Origin: an uncultured Pseudomonadota bacterium
GTDB lineage: Bacteria; Pseudomonadota; Alphaproteobacteria; RF32; CAG-239
NCBI GenBank assembly: GCA_949290295.1
Contig: CASERH010000001.1
Span: 507-64,506, forward strand
Reading direction: 5' to 3'
DNA: 64,000 bases
The position numbers were made by a program, and so were the translations under genes. The notes beneath the pieces are model-generated. The model was given only the letters and a program-made list of their open reading frames with translations, did not search any database and had not been told where the DNA came from. This document shows positions 18,962 to 28,059 of the stretch, piece after piece. Each line of letters starts with the position of its first letter. Positions within the stretch are counted from its first letter, which is position 1.

Positions 18962-20326
18962 ATGCTGCTAGATTTTTTGAAAAAATTTTTCCTGCAACCT
19001 CGCCCGGCCAATCCGGAGGACCTAACGCCGGAGGCTGCCTTGCAAATAAATTTTCGCGTTGTTGTCGTAGAATTTGCCGACAATGTTGAAGGCAATTGCG
19101 GAGAGCTTGTTGCGAATTTTCTAAAAACTTGTGAAGGCTTAAACGTTAGTTATTTTGATGAGCCTTTTGATAAAACTTTCCTAAACTTGGAAAGCCGCAC
19201 CTTGTTTGACCTTCTGGATAAAGGACAAAACATATTAGACAAGACCGGGGCAGATGTTCTGGTTTGGGGCTGCCGGGAAGGAGATAAGATTAGGCTAAAC
19301 TTCCAAACCGGTAACCAATACGGTGCCCATGGAGATAGCTTTGTCTCTCTGCTTGATAGCTTATATTTTCCGGCTGCTTTGTTTGAAAGGACAGATATTT
19401 TCTTTCCACCATCACTGATAACTCTATTATATGGAGCCACCATCAGCGCTTTGAACTTAACGGAAAGAACTCCGCAAATTCAAAAAAGATATTTGCTGAA
19501 AAAAATTATCGCCAAACTGTCTTCCGACAACTCTGCCAAATCCCTCTCCATAGACTACATTCCCTATGTGATGAATTTTTTGGGTATTATATATCTGAGT
19601 TTTTGCGCTCGCTCGGAAACGGACAAAGATTTCAAAATTGTCAAGAATCTGCTAGAAACGGCCATTAAGCACCAAGATTTGATAAAGAACCCCATTCACC
19701 TTGGTTGTATTTATTACCACTTTGGCCAGCTATATGATTCAGCCTCAATGCGCTTGCCCAAACATCCCACCAGTTACTACAGAGGAGCCATCAGCAACTA
19801 CCGCTTGGCACAAAAATACCTTGGCAAATACAATTACCCTTATAACTATGGGTTGATATCTTTCACACTTGCCAAATTATACTTCAACTACTGGCGGCAA
19901 AAAGAAGATTTGCAAGCTTTGCGAGATGCCGTTTTTAATTTAAGAGAAGCAGAAAAGATTTTCACCTATGCTCTGTTTCCTGAGTTCTGGGCAGAGATAG
20001 AAGGTGAGTTAGGCTATTTATTATCTCTCCTTGGCAACATTACCGGCAGTGATGAGATAACCGAGCTGGCGATTGCCGCCTATAAAAACCAGCAAAAAAT
20101 CATCACCGAGAAGAGGGACCCTTTGCTGTGGGCGCAGATTCAAGAAAAGATAGGAGAGATTTACTATCGTCTTGGCAAAAAAGACGCAGACAAAGACACA
20201 TTGGAAGAGGCCTTAGAATATTTTCACGATTCCCTGTATATTTTTGAGAATATGAACTTGAGTGAGGACGCCAAACGCCTAACCACCTCAATTGCCAAAA
20301 CCAACCACGTTTTGAGCTATCAATAA
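18962..20326 (+). CDS. Hypothetical protein with an N-terminal alpha/beta-like domain and a C-terminal TPR-like helical repeat region
   Basis: 454 aa. The C-terminal half has Tyr/Leu/Ala-rich helical repeats (GCIYYHFGQLYD..., AKLYFNYWRQKED..., IGEIYYRLGKKD..., ALEYFHDSLYIFENM). No NTPase motif seen. Begins 8 nt after the upstream membrane gene. Confidence 0.5.
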   Translation: MLLDFLKKFFLQPRPANPEDLTPEAALQINFRVVVVEFADNVEGNCGELVANFLKTCEGLNVSYFDEPFDKTFLNLESRTLFDLLDKGQNILDKTGADVLVWGCREGDKIRLNFQTGNQYGAHGDSFVSLLDSLYFPAALFERTDIFFPPSLITLLYGATISALNLTERTPQIQKRYLLKKIIAKLSSDNSAKSLSIDYIPYVMNFLGIIYLSFCARSETDKDFKIVKNLLETAIKHQDLIKNPIHLGCIYYHFGQLYDSASMRLPKHPTSYYRGAISNYRLAQKYLGKYNYPYNYGLISFTLAKLYFNYWRQKEDLQALRDAVFNLREAEKIFTYALFPEFWAEIEGELGYLLSLLGNITGSDEITELAIAAYKNQQKIITEKRDPLLWAQIQEKIGEIYYRLGKKDADKDTLEEALEYFHDSLYIFENMNLSEDAKRLTTSIAKTNHVLSYQ

Positions 20327-20333
20327 AAATTAA

Positions 20334-20361
20334 TTGCAAAATAAATTTATAGCTCTAATAT
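20334..20361 (+). promoter_or_regulatory. Candidate sigma-70 promoter driving the structured RNA
   Basis: TTGCAA (20334-20339), 16 nt spacer, TAATAT (20356-20361). Confidence 0.45.
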
Positions 20362-20367
20362 ATTTCT

Positions 20368-20533
20368 CGCAGACGCGAGTTGCGCCTGTGGGGTATGACA
20401 ACCCCTTAACACGAAAAACCACTCCTCTTTTGGGGAGCCGGGGATATAAGCGTATTTATATGTCGAATAACTCGGACTGTCGTGTTACAGTTGTCAACTC
20501 CCCTCCTTGAAATTCAAGGAGGTTTTGTTTTTT
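20368..20533 (+). ncRNA. Candidate structured RNA of about 165 nt, either a trans-acting sRNA or a cis-acting leader of the downstream HTH gene. Family not recognised.
   Basis: Bounded by the promoter-like element and a strong intrinsic terminator (CCTCCTTGA-AAT-TCAAGGAGG at 20502-20522, then TTTTGTTTTTT). Internal hairpins include GGGGT-ATGACA-ACCCC, ATATAA-GCGTAT-TTATAT and ACTGT-CGTGTT-ACAGT. Two CU-rich anti-SD-like tracts are present (CACTCCTCTTTT and CAACTCCCCTCC). No long ORF. Confidence 0.5.
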
Positions 20534-20555
20534 GAAACAAATACGGAGTTTTGAC

Positions 20556-20774
20556 ATGAACAGTTTCAACCAAATTTTACGCCGACAACTGGCCACACAA
20601 TTACAAAAAATCAGACTTGATCGGAACGCTTCTTTGCAAGCTATTGCCCTAGACAGCGACTTATCTTTGCAAAATTTAGAAGCTATAGAGAATGCCGAAG
20701 GAATATCTTTCAAAAAATATCAACGACTAATAAGATTTTATAAAAAAAGATTACACATAACCCTGACTGATTAA
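20556..20774 (+). CDS. Very small XRE/Cro-type helix-turn-helix protein
   Basis: Start placed at ATG 20556, with ACGGAG 7 nt upstream, giving 72 aa. LQKIRLDRNASLQAIALDSDLSLQNLEAIENAEG follows the HTH_XRE pattern. The track ORF starts at TTG 20532, inside the terminator T-tract. Confidence 0.6.
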   Translation: MNSFNQILRRQLATQLQKIRLDRNASLQAIALDSDLSLQNLEAIENAEGISFKKYQRLIRFYKKRLHITLTD

Positions 20775-20785
20775 TTACTAGCATC

Positions 20786-20814
20786 AAAAAAGCCCGCAGA
20801 TTTGCGGGCTTTTC
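20786..20814. terminator. Bidirectional intrinsic terminator (HTH gene and trxA)
   Basis: AGCCCGCA-GATT-TGCGGGCT stem with an A-run upstream and a T-rich tract downstream. It sits between convergent genes. Confidence 0.8.
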
Positions 20815-20837
20815 TGCAGTAATCGAAACATCAAGAC

Positions 20838-21152
20838 TTAAGCGTTGGAATTAATCCAAGATTCGATGGTTGACTTGGAGTTCAAACCAACTTTAACATC
20901 AATCTGCTTACCATCTTTGAACAAGAACAAAGTAGGAATGCTGCGGATTCCATATTGAGCGGCAGTGTTAGGAGATTCATCAACATTCATCTTGCAAATC
21001 TCAACCTTGTCAGCCATTTCCTTGGAAACCTCTTCCAAAACCGGGATCAACTGACGGCAGGGGCCGCACCACTCAGCCCAAAAATCAACCAAGACCAAAC
21101 CCTTAGCCTTCAAAACCTCATTTTCGAACTGGGCGTCTGTAATAGCTTTCAT
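20838..21152 (-). CDS. trxA: Thioredoxin
   Basis: Start placed at ATG 21152 (AAAGGAAACGAC upstream), giving 104 aa. WAEWCGPCRQ active site and a typical TrxA length. Confidence 0.95.
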   Translation of the reverse strand: MKAITDAQFENEVLKAKGLVLVDFWAEWCGPCRQLIPVLEEVSKEMADKVEICKMNVDESPNTAAQYGIRSIPTLFLFKDGKQIDVKVGLNSKSTIESWINSNA

Positions 21153-21250
21153 GTCGTTTCCTTTCATATATAAAATAATGCTCATGCAATACAGATAATA
21201 TAGGAGATAAAAAAAATAAATTAAAGAGTAATTTGCACTTATTTATATAT

Positions 21251-24200
21251 TTATTGTCCTATCGGCATCATTACTGCCGTGTTTGTCCACAAAATATAGG
21301 TTTCGACCCTTTTACCGGGATAGATTTTTTCGACCAAAGCCCTATATGCGGCGAGCTGGCGGACATAAGATTCGGGAACCTGTACAACAGTTTGGGCCGC
21401 CGGCCTGTTGGTCTTGAAATCAACAATCATCACCTTGTCAGAAAGTACGGCCAAACGGTCTATCTTGCCGGAGATAATCTTGCCCTCAACCTCACCCATC
21501 ACCGGCACCTCAGCCTTAGAATTTTCACCAAAGAGCGGAGCAAAATCAGGATTCTCCACCAAAGCAAGCACCTCTTTGCAAATTCTTTGCTGCTCCGAGG
21601 CTGCCAAATCTGACCCAAATTTTTGCAGATATTCCATGGTAGCCTTTTCCCTGTTTTGAGCCTCGACCTCCGGCAAAAACTGCATCAATTTATGAATAAT
21701 AAGACCGCGCCTGAAATATTCCGGATGCCCTTCATTCAAGGGAGAATCAGCAATTTCTTCTTCATCTTCGTTTTCTTTTGAAGGTGTAAGAGGTTTAGCA
21801 AGCGGAGCCTCAACAGGAGCAGGCTTTTCTATCCAATCAAAGCGCGAGATCTCTGCTTTGACGGCGGCAGGTTGCGGCGCCGGCGGCAGCGGAGCCTCTT
21901 GGCAAACCTCATAGCAAAGAGAACCGTCATCTTTATTTTCCGCTATTGAAGAAAGCGCATTTTTGCATAAGCTATACCAGGACTCATCACTGACTTTTGT
22001 GCCTCTTTGATAGCCGCAAATACACAACCTTTCTTCTGCTCTGGTCAAGGCCACATAAAGCAATCGGTGATATTCCTCCAAAGAGAGTTGCTTCTCTTTT
22101 TCCTTAATTTGGCGGCAATTATCTTCATAATCGGCGGATTGAAAAGGATAAAGCAATAAGTTATCATCAAAGAGGAGGCCAGCTTCGTTTCTAATTTGCT
22201 TTACTCTGACAGTGTCTGGCAAAATCACAATCGGTGCCTGCAAGCCCTTAGACCCGTGCACTGTCATGATTCTAACGGCATCTTCCTGGCTTTGCTCAAG
22301 CTCACGTTTGATTTCCACTTCATCGCCTTCCATCCATTGCACAAACAATTGCAAAGAGGGAATATGTTCCTGCTCAAAAGAAAGCGCCAGGTTCACAAAC
22401 TCATCCAAACCGTCTTCGGCCTCGTTTCCAAGCCTTGCCACAAACTTTTGCCGCCCTTTGAGCGTGGTCAGGACATGGCTGTAAAATTCAAACGGCCGCA
22501 CTTGGTCTGCCATATTCAAAAGCTGCTGCAAAACAAGAGCCGTTTGCTGATATTTTGGATTCCCCTGCAGACGCTGCCATAGAGTTAAAGATTTCCGATC
22601 ATAACACAAGTCAAAAAGGTCATCATCAGTGAGACCGAACAAAGGAGATTTCAGTACCTCGGCCAGGGTCAAATCATCCTCAGGCAGCAACACAAATTTC
22701 GCCAACGAGAGCAAATCCTGCACGGCAATCTGCTCCAAGAGCTTAATTTTATCTGCGCCGGCCACATTAACTCCGATATTTTTGCAGGCTCTGACCAATT
22801 CCTCAACAAAGCTGTTGCGGCGCTGAACCAAAACCATAAAATCGCGATAACGCACAGGCCGATTTTTAGAAACCAGCAGCTCTTTGCTTTGCACTTTTTT
22901 ATAGATATTCTCGGCAATCATTTTTGCCAGACGAGAACTGGTGGATTCCGCAACGATTCTCTCCACCGGCGGCAACCAGATATCAGGATTTTCGCCTTTT
23001 TCAGCCTCCACCAAAGGCCAAAGTTCCATCTTGCCGGCCTCGCCTATTCTGGAAGGCACATGCCAAACTTTTTCCTCTGCCGACACCACGCCGGTCTTGG
23101 CAGCCTCATCTTCAAAAACACGATTAACCGTGTCCAAAATGGCCGCGGTTGAGCGGAAAGAAACATCCAGATTAACTTCTTTAAATGGTGTGCTTTCACT
23201 ACTTTGAGCGGCAAAATAACGGCGCATTTTTTCAAACTCAGCAGGGTCAGCCCCCTGAAAAGAATAGATAGATTGCTTTCTGTCACCAACGGCAAAAACC
23301 GTACTGTTTTTGTTTTTTGCTCCTTCCCCATAGAAAAATTCTTGGGTAATGGCACGGATAATTGCCCATTGGTCAGGCGATGTGTCTTGCGCCTCATCAA
23401 TCAACACATTGTCGATTCCACCGTCCAATTTATAAAGTACCCATTGAGCCACTTGCGGATTCTCTAGCAAACTTCTGGTCTGCACAATCAAATCCTCATA
23501 GTCAACTTTGGAGTGCAGACGTTTATAGTCCGTATATCCTTTAAGCAAATCTTCTGCCAAAAACAAAACCGCCTTGGTTGAGGCAAACAAATTAACCGCC
23601 GCCAGTTTCTGGTTTGCCTCAAGAAGTCTCAACGCCTCACTGAGAGCAAAATCAGGTCCATCGGGAAAAGCGGCCACCACCGCCTTGGTTCCGACACTTT
23701 TGCGCGGCTCAAATTTATCTGTCAGAAAGACAGAGCGATAAGCCTCAAAATCTTTTGCCTCAAAAGATTTCCTCAAAGCTTCACCCTTGCCCCTGTCAGT
23801 AGCGGAACCTTGCGCCAAGGCCTCAACAAGGCTTTTAACCGCCAAAACATCAGTGGCGGCAAAAAAATCTTCAATCACGCTTTCGGATGTTTCAACAAAA
23901 GAAACTTTGAGTTTTTTGGCAACCTCAGCCAACAAGGCATCACTTCCTTGGGCGAGCAGACGAATAATTTTATTTCGATTCTCGGTCAAAGAGTTCATAA
24001 GTTTGGGAAAAGAATATTCGCTCACTTTGGTGGTAATGTATGCCAATGCCTGAGCTGTCCGCCCGTTTGGCTCAAGCTCAATTTTGCGCAAAAGCGAAGT
24101 TTTGATGTTTTCCAAAGCCTCATCTGCAGTACGATCATCCATCACCTCAAAATAGGGAGATATTTTTGCTTCCAAAGGAAATCTCTTTAATATTTCCTGG

Positions 24201-24613
24201 CAAAAGCTGTGAATAGTCTGAATTTTCATTCCACCCGGGGTATCAAGCAAAACCGCAAACAATCTTCTGGCTTGAGCCATAACCTTGTCATCCAAAGTTT
24301 GCTGGCCCAAAAGCTGTTGGAGCTGAGATATGAGCTTGTCATCATCAATTACCGCCCACTTACTCAACCGCTCGGCAATACGATTATTCATTTCCACCGC
24401 AGCCGCTTTTGTATAGGTCAAGCACAAGATTCTGGCAGGCGCCACTCCTTTTAAGAGGAGACGCAAAACTCTATCAGACAACACTTTGGTTTTGCCTGTT
24501 CCGGCAGAAGCCTCCACCCAAACCGAGAGATTGGGGTCAGAGGCTTTTCTCTGCTGTGCCGAGGCTAGATCGATTCTTCTTTGTTTTTCAAGCACCAAAT
24601 CAGTCATCGTCAC
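21251..24613 (-). CDS. addA: Double-strand break repair helicase-nuclease AddA
   Basis: 1120 aa. UvrD-type helicase motifs (Walker A ASAGTGKT, DEAQDTS). The C-terminal PD-(D/E)xK nuclease region (GKIDRL...VDFKT) fits the alphaproteobacterial AddA type. Confidence 0.9.
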   Translation of the reverse strand: MTMTDLVLEKQRRIDLASAQQRKASDPNLSVWVEASAGTGKTKVLSDRVLRLLLKGVAPARILCLTYTKAAAVEMNNRIAERLSKWAVIDDDKLISQLQQLLGQQTLDDKVMAQARRLFAVLLDTPGGMKIQTIHSFCQEILKRFPLEAKISPYFEVMDDRTADEALENIKTSLLRKIELEPNGRTAQALAYITTKVSEYSFPKLMNSLTENRNKIIRLLAQGSDALLAEVAKKLKVSFVETSESVIEDFFAATDVLAVKSLVEALAQGSATDRGKGEALRKSFEAKDFEAYRSVFLTDKFEPRKSVGTKAVVAAFPDGPDFALSEALRLLEANQKLAAVNLFASTKAVLFLAEDLLKGYTDYKRLHSKVDYEDLIVQTRSLLENPQVAQWVLYKLDGGIDNVLIDEAQDTSPDQWAIIRAITQEFFYGEGAKNKNSTVFAVGDRKQSIYSFQGADPAEFEKMRRYFAAQSSESTPFKEVNLDVSFRSTAAILDTVNRVFEDEAAKTGVVSAEEKVWHVPSRIGEAGKMELWPLVEAEKGENPDIWLPPVERIVAESTSSRLAKMIAENIYKKVQSKELLVSKNRPVRYRDFMVLVQRRNSFVEELVRACKNIGVNVAGADKIKLLEQIAVQDLLSLAKFVLLPEDDLTLAEVLKSPLFGLTDDDLFDLCYDRKSLTLWQRLQGNPKYQQTALVLQQLLNMADQVRPFEFYSHVLTTLKGRQKFVARLGNEAEDGLDEFVNLALSFEQEHIPSLQLFVQWMEGDEVEIKRELEQSQEDAVRIMTVHGSKGLQAPIVILPDTVRVKQIRNEAGLLFDDNLLLYPFQSADYEDNCRQIKEKEKQLSLEEYHRLLYVALTRAEERLCICGYQRGTKVSDESWYSLCKNALSSIAENKDDGSLCYEVCQEAPLPPAPQPAAVKAEISRFDWIEKPAPVEAPLAKPLTPSKENEDEEEIADSPLNEGHPEYFRRGLIIHKLMQFLPEVEAQNREKATMEYLQKFGSDLAASEQQRICKEVLALVENPDFAPLFGENSKAEVPVMGEVEGKIISGKIDRLAVLSDKVMIVDFKTNRPAAQTVVQVPESYVRQLAAYRALVEKIYPGKRVETYILWTNTAVMMPIGQ

Positions 24614-27518
24614 CCTCGTTCACATACCATTCTTTAACTCTGGCCAAATGCTCATAATCCGAATATTCGGGAATTTTTTTGGGATTAGGCTGACAAATAT
24701 AGGCCGTTGTTTCAAAATCAAACAACGTGATTAAATCTCTCAAACGTTGCTCAGTTTCAGCTAAAATCTTCTCAATTTTGTCAGAGATAACCACTTCCTT
24801 GCGCGAAAGCTGCCAATAGCGCAAAGATTCCACATCTGCGGCGGCAATTCCCTCAAAACCGCCTTTTTGTGCAATAATCCCCTCAAGCGGCAGTTGCGGA
24901 GCAAAACCAAGTGTCACCTCTTTAACACTGCGTGCTTTTCCGGTCTTATAGTCAATGATATTGATTTTGCCGTCCTTGGTCTGGTCCACTCTGTCGGCCT
25001 TGGCCGTTAGGGTAAATTTCCCCCCCGGCAAATCAAGCTCAAACCGACCTCTGACTTCATTATAAACTTTGGCAATTTGCGGTCGATATTTTTCCTCCAA
25101 GGCGGCCAAATGCTCAATCATTTTTTCAAACTTTGGCCACCAAAAAGCCTTTTTCTCTGCCAATTTTGGATCTTGTTCAAACTTTTGGCGCCCCAAAGCC
25201 AAGAGCTCTTCCTTCCCACCGGCAGGAAAACTATTTGGATAGCGATTATTAAAATCTTCCAAAATCCCGTGCAACAAATTTCCAAAATCAGCCATAGTCA
25301 GCTCACGCTCAATATCTTCAAGCTTCTTGAGCCGCAAAATATACTTGGCAAAGATACTGTAAGGATCTCGCATCAGCATCTCTATTCCGCTGGCAGAAAG
25401 CTCTCTTGGCCTGGCTTTTAGAGGAGGCCTGGGCTCAGGGGAAGATATTTTATCAAACTTCAGAGGTCCATCCAAATTTTTTGCCGTTTGCTCATAAACT
25501 TTTGCTTCCAAAGTTTCAATATCTATCTGCAGAGCTTTTAACACGGTCTCAAGCCGCATCCACCAACGAGACTTAAGCATTGGGGTTCCCTCAACTCTCT
25601 CGGCTCTGGCCAGGCAAACCTGTTTTGCTCCCATAAACTGAGCCAAATCAGCCCCCAAAACACCGATTGCTTTTTCCGGCTGCGGGAATCCAAAGTCTCT
25701 TTTCATCGGGCGCGACATCCATGGGTCTGCCGCCGGAGAAGAAGGCCAAATTCCCTCATTAACCTCGCCCAATATCATCACATCAAAATGCTGCAACCTG
25801 GCCTCAATCGGCCCCAAAACTTTCAGCCTGGGGTGAGTGCCATATTTCGGGCGCACCGGCACTTGCAAAGCCAAAGCCTCAAACAAGCCCAAGTATTGAT
25901 CCGGAGCCACCTCCCCCAAGACATCGGCTTTTTCCATCACCTGCGCCATCAAAGCCGCGCCTGCCTGCCCGGCATCTCCGCGCCACAAATTTTCTTTCCC
26001 CTCTTTCTGTTTAGTTGCCGCCACGGCTTCCGCAGCCTTAATATGCGCTTCCAACAAAGCGGATAAACTAACTTTTGCCTGCAAATATAAATCAGAAAGG
26101 GGCTTTAATAAGGATTGCAAAGAAAGAAGAATTTGCTCTGCCTCTGTGTCTTCTTGTTGCCCGCGCCAAACAATTTCTTCCAAAGCTCTGGCCTTTTTGC
26201 GGACAACGGAATATTCTTGGCCCATTCCGCATAGCGGATGTTTTAACAAACTCAAAATTTCCACTCTTGCAGCATCTGGTTTAGCGGCCTCTGCCACCAA
26301 ACGCATAAAACTTCCCCACGGTGTCAAAACCAGCGGCCGCCCGGCGGAATCATCAATTTTGATTCCCCAACGCTCCAACTCTGCTGCCACACGCCTGGCC
26401 AGATTTCTATCCGGCGTAACCAAAGCCGCTGTCTTTTCTGGTGTTTCCAAAACCTCACGCATAATCAAAGCAATAGCCACGGCCTCTTGGCGAATATCCT
26501 GGCAATCAATAAGCTGTAGTCCCTCACAGGCTTTGGCTGATATTGTTTTGGATGTTAGATCACGCCACTTGTCAGTTGAAACCGCCGGCCGCATAATTTC
26601 AGAGAGCAGTTTTTCTCTTTCCTCATTCTGCGGCAAAACCAAATCTTGCACTTGCTCCCTTGAGATTTTAAGAAAATCCAAAAGCGTTTTAAGCTCAAAC
26701 TGCGGATGGCTCTCATCAATCTTGTTCCAAGATTCCTCATCCAAAAACTTATCAAGCCCGGCCAAAACAATCTCACCGTTTGGCAATTCTGCCACCACCT
26801 TCACCAACTCCCGCATAGAGGGAAAAGTTGCAGTTGTTCCGGCAATGACAATCCGTTTGTTTGGCCTTGTTTCCGCCCAAATTTGCGCTTGCTTCAACAT
26901 TAATTTACTTTTGCGCTCACTGGCATCAATCACACCGCGCTCTTGCAAAATTTGCGGCCAATAAGCAGTGATGATTTCCAAAAATTTGAGTGTCTCCTGC
27001 CAGTGTCCGGCATATTCTTCCGGCACCAAATTTTGCAAATTGGCAAAATCTAAGTTTTCATTATTAACGGTATCAATGAGATTTCCGAGCTCCTGAGCCA
27101 AAAAGCAAGCCTGGCTGAGAGAAATGCTCTCAGTGCCAAACTCTTGTGGCTTGGAAAGAATAATCCGCATAAACAGCATCATTCTTTCCATTGGAGAAAT
27201 AGCTGAGGGAATCTCTAACACTCCGGCTGCAGCCCCCTGCCCGCTTAAAGCAAGTTCATCTTCCTCAACATCAGCAATCGGCAGCATCTGCGGCAACAAC
27301 ATCGGCTGCATACCGCGAAGCTTCACAAAAGTCTCGGCCATAGTTTTACAGGCACGACGGTTGGGTAATAGGATCAAGACATCAGACAACGCCAAGGGGT
27401 TTTGCGTATACTCATCCAACAGCCTTGCCGCCAATACATCGGCAAAACTGTTGGAAAGCGATATGTTAAACACCCTAAGCAGCTTCAAAAACCTCTTTAA
27501 CAAATTTTTCAAGCGCAC
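24600..27518 (-). CDS. addB: Double-strand break repair protein AddB (alphaproteobacterial type)
   Basis: 972 aa ORF. No Walker A at the N-terminus. C-terminal nuclease motif (ADRVDQ...IIDYKTG). There is only one Cys in the C-terminal domain, so no Fe-S cluster signature. The start is uncertain: the GTG at 27473, immediately after the rdgB stop, is an alternative. Confidence 0.85.
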   Translation of the reverse strand: MRLKNLLKRFLKLLRVFNISLSNSFADVLAARLLDEYTQNPLALSDVLILLPNRRACKTMAETFVKLRGMQPMLLPQMLPIADVEEDELALSGQGAAAGVLEIPSAISPMERMMLFMRIILSKPQEFGTESISLSQACFLAQELGNLIDTVNNENLDFANLQNLVPEEYAGHWQETLKFLEIITAYWPQILQERGVIDASERKSKLMLKQAQIWAETRPNKRIVIAGTTATFPSMRELVKVVAELPNGEIVLAGLDKFLDEESWNKIDESHPQFELKTLLDFLKISREQVQDLVLPQNEEREKLLSEIMRPAVSTDKWRDLTSKTISAKACEGLQLIDCQDIRQEAVAIALIMREVLETPEKTAALVTPDRNLARRVAAELERWGIKIDDSAGRPLVLTPWGSFMRLVAEAAKPDAARVEILSLLKHPLCGMGQEYSVVRKKARALEEIVWRGQQEDTEAEQILLSLQSLLKPLSDLYLQAKVSLSALLEAHIKAAEAVAATKQKEGKENLWRGDAGQAGAALMAQVMEKADVLGEVAPDQYLGLFEALALQVPVRPKYGTHPRLKVLGPIEARLQHFDVMILGEVNEGIWPSSPAADPWMSRPMKRDFGFPQPEKAIGVLGADLAQFMGAKQVCLARAERVEGTPMLKSRWWMRLETVLKALQIDIETLEAKVYEQTAKNLDGPLKFDKISSPEPRPPLKARPRELSASGIEMLMRDPYSIFAKYILRLKKLEDIERELTMADFGNLLHGILEDFNNRYPNSFPAGGKEELLALGRQKFEQDPKLAEKKAFWWPKFEKMIEHLAALEEKYRPQIAKVYNEVRGRFELDLPGGKFTLTAKADRVDQTKDGKINIIDYKTGKARSVKEVTLGFAPQLPLEGIIAQKGGFEGIAAADVESLRYWQLSRKEVVISDKIEKILAETEQRLRDLITLFDFETTAYICQPNPKKIPEYSDYEHLARVKEWYVNEGDDD

Positions 27519-28059
27519 GGCCGCGATGAGAAACCGCAGCCTTTTCTTGCTTGCTCATTTCAGCAAAAGTCTTATCAAATCCATTCGGCACAAAAATCGG
27601 ATCATAACCAAAACCTTGATTGCCGCGGCACTCAGAAATGATTTTGCCCTCTACTTTTCCCTCAAAAAGTTTCACCTCTTCTCCCGGTACTTTCAGCGCC
27701 AACACACAAGCAAAATGTGCCTTTCGGTTTGAAGAAGGCACCAAAGCCAACTCACCCAAAAGTTTAGAAATTCTAGACGGTGTATCCGGTGCATAGCGTG
27801 CGGAATAAACACCCGGACGCCCACCCAGAGCATCAACACAAAGTCCGGAATCATCTGCCAAACACGGCAAGCCGGAAGCTTTGCTCAATGCCTCGGCTTT
27901 AAGAGCGGCATTTTCAGCAAAAGTTGCTCCCGTTTCCTCGACATCAGGCAAGCTTAAATCTCTTGCCGAAACAATCTCCACCCCAAAAGGCGCCAACATC
28001 TGTGAAAGCTCATCAATCTTACCTTGATTGTGAGAGGCTAAAACCAACTTTTTAATCAT
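27475..28059 (-). CDS. rdgB: Non-canonical purine NTP pyrophosphatase (RdgB/HAM1 family)
   Basis: Start placed at ATG 28059, which overlaps the rph stop (ATGATTAA), giving 194 aa. [21 protein letters not shown] and SHRGRA motifs are present. Confidence 0.9.
   Translation of the reverse strand: MIKKLVLASHNQGKIDELSQMLAPFGVEIVSARDLSLPDVEETGATFAENAALKAEALSKASGLPCLADDSGLCVDALGGRPGVYSARYAPDTPSRISKLLGELALVPSSNRKAHFACVLALKVPGEEVKLFEGKVEGKIISECRGNQGFGYDPIFVPNGFDKTFAEMSKQEKAAVSHRGRALEKFVKEVFEAA

Noticed and set aside
20460-20510. A 16-codon mini-ORF (MSNNSDCRVTVVNSPP) inside the RNA whose stop codon lies in the 5' arm of the terminator. This could be a leader peptide for translation-coupled attenuation.
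   Set aside because: No Shine-Dalgarno lies at a usable distance; the nearest GGGGA is about 16 nt upstream. The peptide has no regulatory codon run. The geometry could be coincidental. It is mentioned only as a weak alternative.
20368-20533. Assigning the structured RNA to a known family: two-piece alphaproteobacterial tmRNA, SRP/4.5S RNA, 6S RNA or RNase P RNA.
   Set aside because: There is no T-arm (GGTTCGA-like) or ANDN-type tag reading frame for tmRNA. There is no GGUCCGGAAGGAAGCAGCC-like domain IV for SRP RNA. The 5'/3' closing stem is only 6 bp (GAGTTG/CAACTC) rather than the long stem needed for 6S. It is far too short for RNase P RNA. It is left as unclassified.
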